Below are positions 1-13,059 of a DNA stretch of 64,000 nt, in pieces (positions within the stretch are counted from its first letter, which is position 1; every line of letters begins with the position of its first letter). Under the pieces are notes generated by a model. The model was not told the origin of the DNA and made no database searches. It was given only the letters and a program-made list of their open reading frames with translations. The stretch spans positions 19,215,962 to 19,279,961 of the forward strand of contig NC_068994.1 of the NCBI RefSeq assembly GCF_001194135.2, given 5' to 3'. The DNA comes from Octopus bimaculoides. Its lineage: Eukaryota. Made by a program: the position numbers and the translations under genes.

Positions 1-185
1 CACAAGAGCCAGTCCAGGGGCACTGGCAACGATCTCACTCGAAAATCCTACGGGAGCCAGTCAGGCGGTACTGACAACGGCCACGCTCAAAATGGTGCAT
101 CTCATGTGCCACCCGCACAAGAGCCAGTCCAGGGGCACTGGCAACGATCTTACTTGGCTTGCCGGGTCTTCTCACGCACACCTTA
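1..185 (-). mobile_element. RTE retrotransposon 3' fragment (ORF2 end plus 3' UTR tandem units), cut by window edge
   Basis: cttggcttgccgggtcttctcacgcac (153-179) matches the ORF2 C-terminal end at 42918-42945; a 35-nt block repeats at 1-35 and 117-151 and belongs to the same UTR repeat seen at 42548-42810. Confidence 0.8.
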
Positions 186-523
186 ACACCACCGATAATA
201 TTAATTTCTAATAATGCACAAGGCCAGAAATTTATATTCCTGCAAAACCAATGTGGGATATAGAATATGGAATATACAATATATAATATAATATACAATA
301 TATAATATAAAATAAAAATGGATGGTACAATGAAATAAAGTATTGAATGTCTTATTGAATATATGGAATATGTCTTATTGAATAGATGAAATATTGAGTG
401 TTCAATATAAAGGATTAAATATATAAAGGCGAATACGTATTTTCTATACCTTGTGGTATTTCATCATGGCCGGTATACATACACACACACACATATATAT
501 ATATATATACATACACACACTCA

Positions 524-630
524 TACAAGGCTTTGATCAGCCTGGAACTATAATAAAAAATATTTGACTCAAGTGCCATAACCATATGATTGGGAAGTGA
601 GTTTCTTAATCACACAGTCCATGCCTGCAA
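524..630 (-). mobile_element. Decayed partial tRNA-derived CORE-like SINE (family A)
   Basis: Similar to the head and core of the 7549-7942 copy (acaaggctttgatcagcc...cacacagtccatgcctgc). Confidence 0.6.
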
Positions 631-639
631 CTAATTCTG

Positions 640-860
640 ATGCTCCTTATTTTTGTACACAAACAGTAAAACCTCCCTCATATCAAACACTACTCTCATA
701 AATAAAAAAAAAGGAACTAGTGAATAGTGTAACTCAAGAGACACTGCTTGAAAAAAACAAAAGAAAATAAAATCACAAAAGGGATTGAATTATCATGGCT
801 TGCATGCATTTGATCACAAGTCTGCTTAATCAGAGCTAACCTGGGGTTAAACAACAACAG
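640..860 (+). mobile_element. Unclassified retroposon 3' part with (AAC)n tail
   Basis: gatcacaagtctgcttaatcagagctaacctggggttaaacaacaacag is shared with 8295-8515. Confidence 0.55.
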
Positions 861-1388
861 TATTTAAAAAATAGTCTGTGTTTTCAAGTGCAACCCTAAT
901 TTTGTAGCTTGGCAACATGCCCTTGTTTTGTTAACTGAAAATACTCTGTATATTCGGAAGCTTGCTGTTTCTTGTATGTACAGAAGCAATTGAAAATAGA
1001 CAGCTTTGTGATCACTGGTATGCTCCGAATAGTAGTCACTAGAAATTACTTATGGAAAGCAATCAATTAGGAAAATAACTATGATAAATGAAGAGAGATT
1101 TATATGAACATACTAATGGTGGACTAATTCAATAATGCCGTGCTTAATAAAACACTAAATTTTTATGTTCTATTTATACATTTTTAACATTTTTCTTTTT
1201 TTTTTTTTAGATGTTTGTTCAATTGTAGTATGGGTTATAAACTTTTATGATTAAAACTACCAAATACCCCATTCTACCAGGGTGATTATCTGCTAGTTTG
1301 ACTATGGTAGTTTATGCTTGTAAATATGGAAAAACAATATTTGAAATATTCACTGAGATAAGTGAATAACACCACATCCATAATATCA

Positions 1389-1590
1389 TTTTCAAATTTT
1401 GGCACAAGGCCAGCATTTTAGGGGAAAGGGATAAGTCAATTACATCGACTCCAGTGTTTCACTGGTACTTAATTTATTGACCCTGAAAGGATGGAAGGCA
1501 AAGTTGACCGTGGCGGAATTTGAACTCAGAACATATAAACAGACAAAATGCCACCAAGCATTTAGCCTGGGGTGCTAACATTTCCACCCA
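1389..1590 (-). mobile_element. tRNA-headed SINE family B (Nin/Meta-like central domain)
   Basis: Reverse complement of the family core gagttcaaattcc...gtcaactttgcctttcatcctttc...aagtaccagt and tail ccttgtgccaaaatttgaaa. Confidence 0.85.
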
Positions 1591-2379
1591 CTGTACATTA
1601 GATACAGTAAGAGTACATTATATATTGTCATATCATAATAAGATTATGAACAACTGATAAACCAAGGTATTAAAAGACTTTCAAAATTTTACTTTATAAA
1701 AGACAATGTGATAAAGAACTTACTGACAATATAACAGCCAGTCTTTAGTTCTGGCTTTAAGTAGATGGTGTTATGCAGATATGAGAAAGCCTTTCCTTTG
1801 ATGTCAATCACTGAAAGATGAGTTCCCAGATAACATCCCAAGATCTGTTATGTATTCTTCACATCTGAAATGTCCTACAGAATTTGTTTTTCTTTTGTTT
1901 TTCTTTTCTAATTTTTCAATGTTTTAGAAGTTGTTTCTCCTTGCTAATGTGTGAAGAATGGTTTTTGCAAAATCCAGAATATTTGTATAATGGGTGAGAA
2001 TATTATTTAATAATGAAGTTGATGTTTTTCTAATTAGACAGAAAAAGAAAACCCAACTAAAATATTAATGATTTTCTTTCCTAGGTAAATCTTACATTTT
2101 TTAAGGAAAAGGAAAATGAAAGTTTGTGATGTTTATGCCAATTCTGAATATAATGTAATATAACAGAAATGGATTCCAAATGAAAAATGAAGTTGTATTT
2201 CAAAACAGGCCTTCGTGTGGGCTTGGCTAAAACAACAGCTTTCATATATGTAATAAAAGCTGTCCAATGTAATTCTACATATTTGCAGATACTAAGCTAG
2301 TCTGTTGAGAATGGTTTTGTTGCTCATCTTTATCAGAGACTTGTTCAGTTGACAACACTGCTAAATTTTAATAGCTTAC

Positions 2380-2435
2380 CTCATTCTATCAGTGGCAGAC
2401 CAACTAATTTTCGAAATTATACATAATTTTTCAAC
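2380..2435 (-). other. Candidate 56-nt exon (unverified)
   Basis: ctttcag acceptor and GAG|gtaagc donor; only one frame is open (VEKLCIISKISWSATDRM). No recognisable homology. Confidence 0.15.
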
Positions 2436-4557
2436 CTGAAAGTCCTTCTTAAAAGACACATTTTCATTGATGTTCAATATATCCTCTAGATATCATTGTT
2501 CATATCATCTCTTATATATTGTTTAGCTAACAGGCTGTAAATTCCAGACAACATTCCTGTTACTGAACATTCACTCTCAGTCTGTATTTGATCTAGCTTA
2601 GTCAAAGAGGCAATCTATGGATAAGTACATTTAACAAAGACTATACTTCCTCCAGGAACTATAACATCAAGAGACACTGCTACAATAGTTATTGGAATCA
2701 AAGAGACTTCTGAACCAAAGGAACTTGCTCTTTCCACAAAAGGAAATGAACACGTGTTCAAAATCTGGACAGATAGTTCCTGCAACAAGGCTTGGTAGCC
2801 AGATGGTAATAAATCACTAAAGAGATGTTGATATTCATTGCAATGATCAGACTTGGACTTGTGGATTTCATTCTTTTAATTGAAAAAAAAAATTTTTAAT
2901 TTTATTTTTATGGCTTGAATCACAGGGGAAAGGTGCCTATAATTTTTTAGAGTATTGATGAAGAAAAGGAGGAAGAAACCTCTGACATATGACTTTGAAT
3001 GTTAGCAATAGTGTGGATTCTGTTAAAGGACTCCAAAAGCCAGGCAGTGAAAGATTTGCCATCTAAGCAGTTCATATGGAAGAAATTATTAACAAGTTTC
3101 TGATTCCGCCTTCTATTATTTTCTTTCAAAAATAATGATGATGATGATCTATTTTAGTGGATTTTAATAATAATGATTATAATATGCTTTGTGTAATAGA
3201 ACATAAAAGATTGGTGGTAACTGGATTGTACTCTTGATATCTCTAATATAATATAAATTTTAAAAACGAATAGAAGAGATCAGATAAAGTTCCAATTGAA
3301 ATAAAGATATGGGTAAGTTATGGCTGATTAGTATATATGGGAAGGAGAACTGGCAGTTGTAATTTGAAATCGAATTTGAGTGGCTGATTTGGTTCATTAA
3401 GCCGGAACATAAAGCAATCTTCACCGTCTCATAACCACTCAAAACCACTATGTACATATTTTATTAACTTTAAGAAAATTCTAAAGGAATTGTAGAAGTT
3501 TAATGGCAGGATAAGAAATATTATGAGAGAAGAATTAAGTAAAGGCCTCTTGTACAAAGATTTTTCAGACACAATCGTTTATAAAGTATACCAGACTGGT
3601 TCATATTAAAAAATGGGATTGAGGAGAGAGTTATGAGGTTTCATACATATCTCGGATTGTTCTGCCTTTCTTTCTCCATCATTCTCCTGTCACAAGTCAA
3701 ACCAAATATTGTTATTATTGCTAACCACAAACAAGTACAACTTCATTTCCTTGAATGTTTATATTTTATCTGGTTTATAATAAAAACAAAGGCTTTCAAT
3801 GAATATATTGTTGAAAGTATTTGTCTGTGAAGTGCCTGGTGTGGAAGGAAAGATAGTGGGAGACATGGTTACAAAGAGATAGAGAGGAAAGGTGTAACAT
3901 AAAAGGAGAGTAGTATCATTCAAAATAAGAAGATTAGGATTAGATAAAATCAGAATTACATAAACTCCTTAATATTAAAAAGAATAGAATAAAAACAAAT
4001 AGAGCAGTACTAAACATTGTAATTCTTTTATACAGCTAATCAATCATCTATTGTATTGCAATAGAACAATCTATACTTAAGAGTGGATCAAAGAAACAAG
4101 AACATAGGCTTCACCCATTATAATAAATATATTTCTATCAGTGTACTTTGCATGTGTTGCTTCTATAAGTATTGCCATGTTAAAAACTTATCAGTTTTTC
4201 CAAACAATGCTCAGATAAAAACAGATTTAGATTTATTTTGTTTGACTTGGCACAGAGCCAGTTTTAGTAGGGTAGGTGAAGGGCATATAGTCAATTGAAT
4301 GAACTCCAGCACAAAAATGATAGTTTAGTGTTAGGCTTAACACAACCAATAAGACTTTGGCTGCCTTCCATGGAATTCATTCTGCTGCAGTATCCAGACT
4401 AGACCTCCACTTCCCTTCCAGCAGATACTGGCTTACAGATGTTCAGGCTGGTATAAGGTGAGTACACTATCTAGTCTTGGAGGGTCTGCTAAAAAACATG
4501 GAAAATGCTCTCTTCCCTTGACAAACTTTTTAATATACGTGTGTGTATGTGTATGCG

Positions 4558-4595
<38 letters not shown>

Positions 4596-4598
<3 letters not shown>

Positions 4599-4745
4599 GT
4601 ACATCGCCATATTCCCTTCTGTATCGGCTAACTCTGATGAGCATAAAATTACATAATCAGATTGTTACCTAACACTCCATTGTATTCTTTCTGTGAAACT
4701 GGTAAGATAAGCCATGATGGAGATTTAATACTATATGTTTCGGAT

Positions 4746-4746
<1 letters not shown>
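4596..4746 (+). mobile_element. Short module flanked by (TA)n on both sides, with a degenerate hammerhead-like core
   Basis: (TA)n on both flanks; CTGATGAG at 4634-4641, then AAAA-TTA-CA-TAA-TC resembling stem III plus an AUC site, but stem II is collapsed. Confidence 0.35.
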
Positions 4747-4779
<33 letters not shown>

Positions 4780-4863
4780 ACCCCAAAGCAGCTTAATTTT
4801 TTTAAATGTAACATCTAAAAAAAGTAAAGAGTACTAATATTAGTTTTCAATATTAGTATTCAA

Positions 4864-5093
4864 TACAAGGCATACAAGGCAGCAAGCTGGCAGAATTGTT
4901 AGCACCCTGGGTAAAATGCTTAGCAGCATTTCATCCATCTTTATGTTCTGAGTTCAAATGCTGCCAAGGTTGATTTTGTCTTTCATCCTTTTGGGATTGA
5001 TAAAATGAGAACCAGTTGAACACTGGGGGTCTATTGATGTAACTGACTTACCTCCTCCCCAGAAATTACTAGCCTTGTGCCAAAATTTGAAAT
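4864..5093 (+). mobile_element. SINE family B with 16-bp target-site duplication
   Basis: ggcagcaagctggcagaa head, family core and tail; caatattagtattcaa is duplicated at 4848-4863 and 5094-5109. Confidence 0.92.
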
Positions 5094-7548
5094 CAATATT
5101 AGTATTCAAGCTTAGGTTCTTAAAGAAAGTATGAATACTTTTCTAATCCTATCAGTATTCCTAGAGTAGTAATTACCAAGAGTTACAACTCTGTCTCGTG
5201 TAATCCTCTCTGGGAAATGGGAAGCCTTTATAGAGTTATATTAAATAGTTTAATCAGATGCTCTGTCATTTGCTGCATACTAACATCAAAGGGTTTATGT
5301 TAGAGAAGCATAATAACTATATCAGAAATTTGCTTGTTCTTGTTATCTACACATAACCAGTTCATTATTTCATAGGTACTTATTCATGAACTTGATTGTG
5401 CTGCTACTTTGAGTCAGGAATAATTCTAAGATCATTTTATCATTTTATCAATTGATGGGTGGTGTAATTTGAGGGTATTAAACACCAAAATCCCACGATT
5501 TTTTTCCCCCTACCACATCATGTTTATGTTCTACAACATTCTTCCATTAGTAATAATCACTGCTCTGAATTACTTGATTACATTTATGTGAGCCAGTACG
5601 GATGTTTTTGTGCTTTCAATGTTAGCTTCCCGTGTATATTTGGGGTTTGATTTCAAATATATCATCATTTTAAACCCATTAGATCTAGCTTTGGAGATAC
5701 AACATACTCTTTTATAAGTCCACTTGTGTGCTTAAATTAAAGACCCTTGGTTGCATCATACATTCTGGTGCATTGGAAGTTAGATTTCTTCATGGGTATA
5801 CTTGTGGCACTGATTCTAAAAATGGCACCAGTTCTGACATCTCAGCTCTAGTTAATTAACGCTTGGCTATTTTTATACCAAAAACAGTAATATTAATGCT
5901 GTTGATGTATTACATGCTATCAAAACAACTAACAATTATTAGATTAGTTTATTTCAGCATTAAAACTTAGAATAAAGGCATTGAACAAAAAATGTGTCTG
6001 GTTACCTATTCAGAAGAACCCCCAGAATGGCCATGGAAAAACTTAGAATGGGTATTTTTGATGGCCCTTCACCCCAAATAAGGAGGCTTGGACAAAAGAA
6101 TAAAACAAAGACTCTTATTTGATAGATTCCATGGATAAAACTGAGTCATGTGCAAGATTTTGGTTTGTTCTAGTAGCAACCATTAAGGTGACAACTAATC
6201 TGAACTAGTAGAGGACATAGTCAAGTTTATTAAACCTGGAAGCTAACATGAGTAACATGTGCATAGAAATCCATTATCTCTACACTCACTTAGATTTTCA
6301 GAAAAAATTGTTAATTTAAGCAAAGAGAAAGATTTCACCAGAGTATAAAGCCAATGAAAGAGAGGTACTATGGTACATGATGGTAGATTAATGGTGAAAT
6401 CTTCAGCAAGACTTGTTCTGGTAAATCTCACTCGGGGAAGTCTTATAAAAGAAATTTCTTTGTTGAATGATTGACCATTTTATTACTTTATGCCTTTTTT
6501 TTTTTTTTTAGCTTACTATATGTTTTAATGGAGTGCAATCTAAGTTTTTGTTTTAATAATGTAATGAATAAGTAGCATTAATATTGTTGCTATTTTTTCA
6601 TTAATTAATTAGAGTTGATTGGGTGAAAACTGATGTTATTCTTGAAATCAGTACTCCAAATCTACTACAAAATAGGTTTAACTAATAAGGCACCAAAATG
6701 TAAGGTAGATTTTGGATTCCTATATTCAGCACTATGTGGGCATATAAAGGAGCATGCTGTATATCCAAAACTAGAATTGGTTGGGGAGGAAAAAAAAAAA
6801 AAAAGAATGGTTGGTTTAATTTTCAAGGCAGAAGAAGCTATTTTTGTTTTGGGCCTGTGGGATATAAACTGAATTAAATTAATGTTAGCAGGGCTGGTTC
6901 AATGTAAATAAAAATTATAATTATGAATTATAATTAAGTTGATGTTGAAAGAAATGTAACACTATATTAGAGGTATTTATCATAAAAACAAAAAGCCAAA
7001 CTGATTATTAAACCATGCCAAATAAATATTTTTCTTCTCTATTTATTATTATATTTAGATTGAGTTTTAGTATTAACACAAAATGGCATTTCAATTTTAG
7101 AAACAAACTGACCCAAGTTATTTCTTCGTCTTCAGTTTTCTTAATATTCCACTAATTCAATCAAATAACTAATTTACATTACAGTAAGAATTCATTTCTA
7201 AATTAATTGCTGAATTCACACTATGGTCATTAATATAATTTAAATCAATAGTTAACTCACATAATGCACTTTCTGGTTTTTATATCCCATTATTTCATTA
7301 GGTATGAATAAATAAGTGAGAAGTGACTCATATGAATTTTTTCAAACAGTATTTTCTATTTTTTTTGGACTATTTTTTTAAAATTTAATTTTCAGTTTAT
7401 TTGAATATTTATACATAAACCTAGCAACACCTTGTCCCCACAGTAATGCTCTTGCAGAGAGTTTAAGAACAAACTGGAAATAATTGGTTTAATCATAGGG
7501 CAATATTCAAATGTGTGTGCAGTTAGTGTGTATATGTCTCTTTCTTTC

Positions 7549-7942
7549 TCTCTTTTACTTGTTTCAGTCAGTTGACTGTGGCCATGCTGGAGCACCGCCT
7601 TTAGTCGAGAAAATCAACCCCAGGACTTATTCTTTGTAAGCCTAGTACTTATTCTATCGGTCTCTTTTTGCCGAACCGCTAAGTTACGGGGACGTAAACA
7701 CACCAGCATCAGTTGTCAAGTGATGGTGGGGGGACAAACACAGACACAAACACACATACATACATATATATATACATATATACGACAGGCTTCTTTCAGT
7801 TTCCATCTACCAAATCCACTCACAAGGCTTTGGTCGGCCCGAGGCTATAGTAAAAGACACTTGCCCAAGGTGCCACACAGTGGGATTGAACCCGGAACCA
7901 TGTGGCTGGTAAGCAAGCTACTTACCACACAGCCACTCCTGC
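7549..7942 (-). mobile_element. Full-length tRNA-derived CORE-like SINE (family A, octopus OR/OK-like)
   Basis: On the minus strand: tRNA-like A box (tggctgtgtgg) and B box (ggttcaatccc), CORE-like ttgggcaagtgtctt, internal TA/TG microsatellite, tail catggccacagtcaactgactgaaacaagtaaaag. Confidence 0.92.
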
Positions 7943-8294
7943 GCTAATGTGCTTATTTAAAAAATTAATTTGTAATATATTTTATGTTTTGTCACTTGCA
8001 TTTTGTAATTATGTATGTATATCCCGGAATGTTTGTATTATTATGTTGAAATGGTTTGTATTCATATGTCACATGCCCAAAACTAAATAAACCTTTTCTT
8101 TCCCAAACATTTTCAATAACTTAATATTAATCCTAAATAAACAACAGTCTATCTGAGCTTAATTTGGGGTTTACAACATCAAAATGTTTCCTGTATGAAA
8201 GTCTATCATGTTAAGACTGCAAATCTTAAGTTTTTCTTGTTATTTGGATTTTCCTTGCCTACATTCTTCACATGGAATAATAAATCAATAATAA

Positions 8295-8515
8295 TAATGC
8301 TCTAACCTAGCAGGGAATTGATAAGTAGTCATTTAACTCACTAGAAATAACAACCAAATTTACCTTAAATAACACCTGACCATGAGAAAGGATACATTAT
8401 ATAACATATATTTTTCGAGACCACAAAAAAAAAAAAGATAAGATAGTTATTGCTTGGACAAGCTTTGTCATAGGTCTGCTTATCAGAGTTGACAATGGAC
8501 TAAACGACAACAACT
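8295..8515 (+). mobile_element. Unclassified retroposon 3' part with (AAC)n tail
   Basis: Same family as 640-860 (cataggtctgcttatcagagttgacaatggactaaacgacaacaac). Confidence 0.55.
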
Positions 8516-8564
8516 ACTGCTGCTGCTGCTGCTACTACTGCTACTACTACTACTGCTACTACTG

Positions 8565-8598
<34 letters not shown>
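8514..8598. repeat. Compound (CTG)/(CTA)n microsatellite grown from the retroposon tail
   Basis: Direct reading of the sequence. Confidence 0.95.
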
Positions 8599-8929
8599 CA
8601 CTTAGGCAGTGGAGAGATGGTCAAGGTAGCTGTTCAATAGATGTGCTGCAGTGCTGCAACTTGCTCAATGCTTCACAGTTCTACATTCTTTAGGGTCAAT
8701 AATTCAAACAACCCAGTTTGTTTAAACCCAGGTCAATCTTGATTGAGCAATCCTTGAGAAGAATGCCTTCCAGCCATGACCATCTTGCCATTTTAGGGAC
8801 ATTGAGGACTAAATTGTCCAATATATCCTTTCTTGGGATTTGATTTGAAGGAGATTTGGCTACTGTTTCTAGAAACTTCCTCATTTGCTTTTGTAATGGT
8901 GCTGAACCAGCTAACTCAACACTTGCTAC

Positions 8930-9112
8930 CATGTTTCTGTCAAAAATGAAGAATGTAGTAAAAATAGCTTCGTCATTATTGAGTTAATGCTTGAAACAAA
9001 TGAATGTGAAATTTCAATGGGAAGTTTTAATTTAGATCACTTAAAAACAGGAAGTTTGTACTGCAGAGCCAAAGGTGGGACACTGACGTGGGTTAGTATG
9101 AAAAGGGGTTAA
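8930..9112. mobile_element. piggyBac-like MITE end
   Basis: Ends in aaaaggggTTAA, resembling a piggyBac-type terminus plus TTAA target; the opposite end was not found. Confidence 0.35.
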
Positions 9113-9441
9113 AACAGTAAACATATGACTATGAGAGAAGTCACATGATCTCATTTCCAACTTAGAACCCCTTCACACACACACTGTTAATGCACTTGGA
9201 GAATACCTAAATGACACAATTTCTCAATTACTCATTTATATTGCAACGTGAGGCAAGATGTAGGAAATCACCAATTCTGTGAATGATATTGAGAACTAAG
9301 TGCATCACAATATTTAGTATTGTTCCTTTTGATGCTGAATTCAAAAGTTGTTGAATACCTGTAATATACTGTGCTTGGTTTTCAACAAGCGATACTTTAG
9401 CTTAAAACCAAAAAGTACCCTAGTAATCATTTAGGAATGTG

Positions 9442-9476
<35 letters not shown>

Positions 9477-9477
9477 A

Positions 9478-9690
9478 GGCAGTGAGCTGGCAGAATTGTT
9501 AGCATGTTGGACGAAATGCTTAGTGATATTTTGCCTGTCACTACATTCTGAGTTCAAATCCCACTGAAGTTGACTTTGCCTTTCATCCTTTTGGGATCAA
9601 TAAACTAAGTACCAAAGAAACACTGGGGTCAATGTAATCAACTTATCCCCTCCCTCCCAAATTGCTGCCCTTGTAGCAAAATTTGAAACC
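9478..9690 (+). mobile_element. SINE family B in (ATT)n
   Basis: Head, core and tail match the other family B copies. Confidence 0.88.
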
Positions 9691-9719
9691 ATCACCATCA
9701 TCATCGTTATTCATTTAAC

Positions 9720-9985
9720 TTATCCTGACTTATCTATGTCACATCTCAGGTCCATCCAGCTGCTTAGAAACACAACACTTAACAAATGAGCTGCTCCAAG
9801 TATTGCTGCCAACTGAATATTTCCCATAAAGTTTGGTATTTGCAGCTTTTGATGCCAAAATATCATTCTCTTTGAGATGGCCCCAAATGAACTGATCCCA
9901 ATAAGTACCACAATCACTTATGAGGCCCTATGAATTCTTTACGCATCCAATCTTAGGTCTGGGTACTTTCTGAATTTCTCATCCT
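9720..9985 (-). mobile_element. R4/Dong-like (RLE-type) LINE ORF C-terminus, decayed
   Basis: Frameshifted KYPDLRL...VIVVLIGISSFGAISKRMIFWHQKLQIPNFMGNIQLAAILGAAHLL resembles the C-terminus after the restriction-like endonuclease. Confidence 0.62.
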
Positions 9986-10004
9986 CAGTCTTATTATTAT
10001 TATT

Positions 10005-10132
10005 GCCGAAGTCAACTTTGCTTTCATCCTTTCAGGGTCGATAAATTAGACACTAGTCAAGTACTGAGGTTGATGTGATTGACTGTTTCCCTCCCCACAA
10101 AAATCCAGGCCTTGTGCCTATAGTAGAAAGGC

Positions 10133-10163
<31 letters not shown>

Positions 10164-10647
10164 GGTGCTGAGCTGGCAGAATTATTAGCATTCTGGACAA
10201 AATGCTTTGTGGCATTTTTCTGGCTTTGCATTCTGAGTTCAAATTCTGCTGAGGTCAATTTTGCCTTTCATCATTTCGAGGTTGATAAAATAAGTACCAA
10301 TTTGAGCACTAAGGTCAAGGCAATAAATTAGCCCCTAGTTGACTGCGTCCTACCCTCCAAAAAATTTCAGACCTTGTGCAGATTGTAGAAAGAATTATTA
10401 TTATAATCATTATCATAATCATTATTATTAAGGCTACTATGGCAGTAAGCTGGTAGAAGCATTAGCGAGTCAAATAAAATGCTTAGCAGCATTTTTTTCT
10501 GACTCTTTATACTCTGAGTTCAAATTACACCAATGTCAACTATGCCATTCATCCTTTTGAGGTTGATAAAATATAGTAGAGTGGTCAATCTAAAAGACTA
10601 TAAACTCCCTTCTCTTAAAGTGCTTGCCTTGACCCAAAATTTGAAAC
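10005..10647 (+). mobile_element. Three head-to-tail SINE family B copies (about 10005-10130, 10162-10392, 10441-10647) separated by (ATT)n
   Basis: Each copy carries the gtcaactttgcctttcatcctt core; ATT/ATC runs lie between them. Confidence 0.88.
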
Positions 10648-10694
10648 AATTATCTATTAATTACTGTATTTGCTCATTACCTCATCACCTCATT

Positions 10695-11130
10695 GTAGCA
10701 GCACTGGGTGGGACATGCTTGTAGGATGGAGTGTGGCAGGCTCCCAAAGTTAGTTTTCTATGCTGAACTGCATCAGGGCAGGGTGGGGCCATGGTGGTCA
10801 GAGGTTGCGAAACAAGGATGTGCTGAAGAGACATATGAAGAACTTCAGCATCTCCCCAGACACCTGGGAGGAGAAGGCCCCGCAACATGATGAATGGCAC
10901 CAATTGCTGAAGCTTCCAATTCCAGCCATTGAGGAGAAACAGTAGAGAAAATGTAAAGGAGCACTTAGGAAGTGTCACTTCTCTGTTGCATCAAGTAGCT
11001 TTATCTGCAGCAGATGTCATCGCTGCTGTAAATCAAGAGCAGCCTCGTACCCCACATGCAAATCTGCCAGAGATGATTACTGAACAAGAACAGTAAAATC
11101 AACATTGACTTATGACGGACAGCCGAAAAC
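10695..11130 (+). mobile_element. RTE (BovB-like) ORF2 C-terminal remnant with zinc-finger-like end
   Basis: HWVGHACRMECGRLPKLVFYAELHQGR...GGQRLRNKDVLKRHMKNFSISPDTWEEKA resembles RWAGH..RM...RLPK...YGEL..G.R..GGQ.KR.KD.LK; followed by FICSRCHRCCKSR. Confidence 0.85.
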
Positions 11131-11399
11131 AAAGAATTTATTCACATATAATGTATATCACTAATTATGAGCTATAAATTCCTGGGAAAAAATATCCTGC
11201 ACATAATATGCATTGTTTTCTTTTTGTCTTTTTTCTTTAAATATTACATGTATAGAAAGAGAAGTACAGAGTCAGATTTTTTTATAATTGCTACCTAAAA
11301 TATACTGAAAAACATGTATTTGTCCTTAGAACAATAACCATATTCAAAAGCACCATTTGAACTTTACTAGTGTAGACTATAATGCATATCTGCAGTAAA

Positions 11400-11484
11400 N
11401 NNNNNNNNNNNNNNNNNNNNNNNNNNNNNNNNNNNNNNNNNNNNNNNNNNNNNNNNNNNNNNNNNNNNNNNNNNNNNNNNNNNN
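11400..11484. other. Assembly gap (85 N)
   Basis: N run. Confidence 0.99.
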
Positions 11485-12419
11485 GATATAAAAGACATAA
11501 TTTAGAATGAAAACATTCATTTAAATTCTTACAAAACCTGTACCTTCAACAGAATCATATATAGCCAGTGGTTCAAAATGATTTTTATATTTCAGGAATA
11601 GATGAATTTATTTTTTTCAGTTAATGTTAACATTTCTATAACACTGTGTAACATGATTTTTGCCCTTGGGTAGCAACAGTTATTTCCTATTTGCTTACCC
11701 TTAGAAAGTATGAAAAATGGCTAATATTTCATTTAAACTTTGCTTTTGTTACATTTATTCAAACCACAAAAAATCCCTTTCATCGGTGAAATGATGCTCC
11801 CCCACTACTCCTGCACATGATCAGAAATGCAGATATTGTCAGCTACAAAGAGACATACTCAAGTGGTTAAGGTCAAACAACTGACATGCAAATCTGTGCT
11901 ATTGAGCAGAATATTTGCTATAATGATATTTCAGCTTGAGCAACTTAGTGCTGAATCTGTTTGAAATGTAATGGAAAATAGGTCAGTTTTAAAACATTGA
12001 TGTCCAGGTCACAAAAGCTAAGTTTGAAGGGAATGGTGGTCATTTCCTTTGATTTCTAGATAGAAGCAAATAGGAAAAAAACACTTACTGAACAAAGACT
12101 AAAAATAAAAAATAAAAAATTTGTTACACAGTGTAATGACAATTGTCATTTAAGCATCCACTTTTCCAATGTGTATAAGGTAGACAGAGATTTTTGAGGC
12201 AGATTTTCTATGGCTGGATGCCCTTCCAATCACCCACCATAACCATGGGGAAATATTACCAAACAAGGTTATATTTACCCATGGCCAGATTTGTTTTTGC
12301 AGAATATTGGAAATGAATGACACTGCTGATATAACAGCGAGAATCATTTACTACTATCATGTGACTTCAAGAAAGGAAGATACAAACATGCACATATCTA
12401 TCTATCCATCTACATGCAC

Positions 12420-12575
12420 ACAATGGCTTTCTTTCAGTTTATGACTACCAAATCCACTGACAAGGCATTGGTCAGCCCAGAGCTATAGCAGCAGACAACT
12501 GCCAAAGGTAGCATGCAGTAGTATTGAACCCAAAACCATATAGCTAGGAAGCAAACTTCTTAAACCACAGCCACA
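12420..12575 (-). mobile_element. Partial SINE family A (5' half)
   Basis: ctttcagttt...caaatccactgacaaggc...ccaaaggtagcatgcagtagtattgaaccc. Confidence 0.7.
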
Positions 12576-13059
12576 CCAATGCCTCTCACTATCAGTGACA
12601 ATATTTAAGTATTATCCTAATTCATTATTTATTAATTCAATTTTCACATTAAATAATTTATTAGCATTTTCACTGATGAAAGTATTACTTTCCAGTCTTC
12701 TATACTGAATGAAGGCTTATAGCAATAACTCCACAGGATGCTTGTTTGCCATTTGTGTTAAACAATATATTCTCACTATCATAGGCAAATGTAACATTAT
12801 TATGGTGATCTTAATTCTTCATTGTGCACCAGCTGTCCTGGACAGTAGATGTGACTAACACACTTCCATCATGCCATGCTGGATATTGCAATGTACTTGA
12901 TTAGGAAAAATGGGTAACATTGAGCTTTTGTGTGTAATATGCATTGTTAATATTTAGGTTCAAAAATCAAGAAAAACAGGCAGGTAATTAGCTGTACTTG
13001 AGAAAACTCATCAAGCCAAGCGAAATCATAGTTGTAGCTGGGACTGGTGAGACATAACA

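Noticed and set aside
5640-5710. Tc1 transposase motif (LNPLD)
   Set aside because: The flanking WP..SPD and W residues are absent, so it is likely chance.
11528-11600. Coding-looking FEPLAIYDSVEGTGF before a minus-strand donor
   Set aside because: There is an upstream in-frame stop and no usable acceptor.
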